From contig NC_068991.1 of the NCBI RefSeq assembly GCF_001194135.2, positions 24,783,744 through 24,847,743 of the forward strand: a stretch of DNA of 64,000 nucleotides, written 5' to 3'. The translations under genes were made by a program, and so were the position numbers. Each line of letters begins with the position of its first letter. The first letter of the stretch is position 1. The notes under the pieces were generated by a model. That model saw nothing but the letters and a program-made list of their open reading frames with translations. It was not told the DNA's origin and did no database searches. The stretch is from Octopus bimaculoides. Taxonomy: Eukaryota. This document shows, one piece after another, positions 63,885-64,000 of the stretch.

Positions 63885-64000
63885 AATAATCTGGATCAGA
63901 TCAGATATTCTGTTCAAGTGCAGGTAAGATATGTTTAATTTTATCTGAAAAAAATATACTACTTAAAATTAAGTTTAATTCTTAAAATAAATCTATGTTT

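Overview
AT-rich, microsatellite-dense, N-gapped eukaryotic genomic scaffold. The SINE/RTE repertoire and (TA)n density suggest an octopus or other coleoid cephalopod (inference, not a database match). Three intact genes were reconstructed by hand from splice sites and reading-frame phase: an intronless replication-dependent histone H4 (10290-10601, minus), a 9-exon alpha-SNAP/NAPA (25470-43642, plus, 293 aa) and a 6-coding-exon EFCAB11-like EF-hand gene (54337-63884, plus, 174 aa). There is also a decayed H2B pseudogene. The rest is TE debris: Penelope-like, a HERO-clade-like RLE LINE, RTE LINEs, Tc1 and DD37D mariner, pogo/Tigger, hAT, Gypsy-like pol, MITEs and many tRNA-derived SINEs. The most striking structure is a ~1.06 kb inverted duplication that copies NAPA exon 2 and both its splice sites, 100% identical over the exon, into intron 4 on the antisense strand. 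It encloses exons 3-4 and predicts a long exon-containing dsRNA, a candidate built-in ADAR editing-complementary sequence or circRNA/splicing switch. This repeat is nested inside a perfect 150-bp inverted RTE pair, and its loop holds a palindrome with a hammerhead-like motif. Several Penelope-type minimal hammerhead ribozyme motifs, including an inverted twin, lie at 3.3-5.9 kb. Most entries in the ORF track are artefacts of N-gaps and microsatellites.
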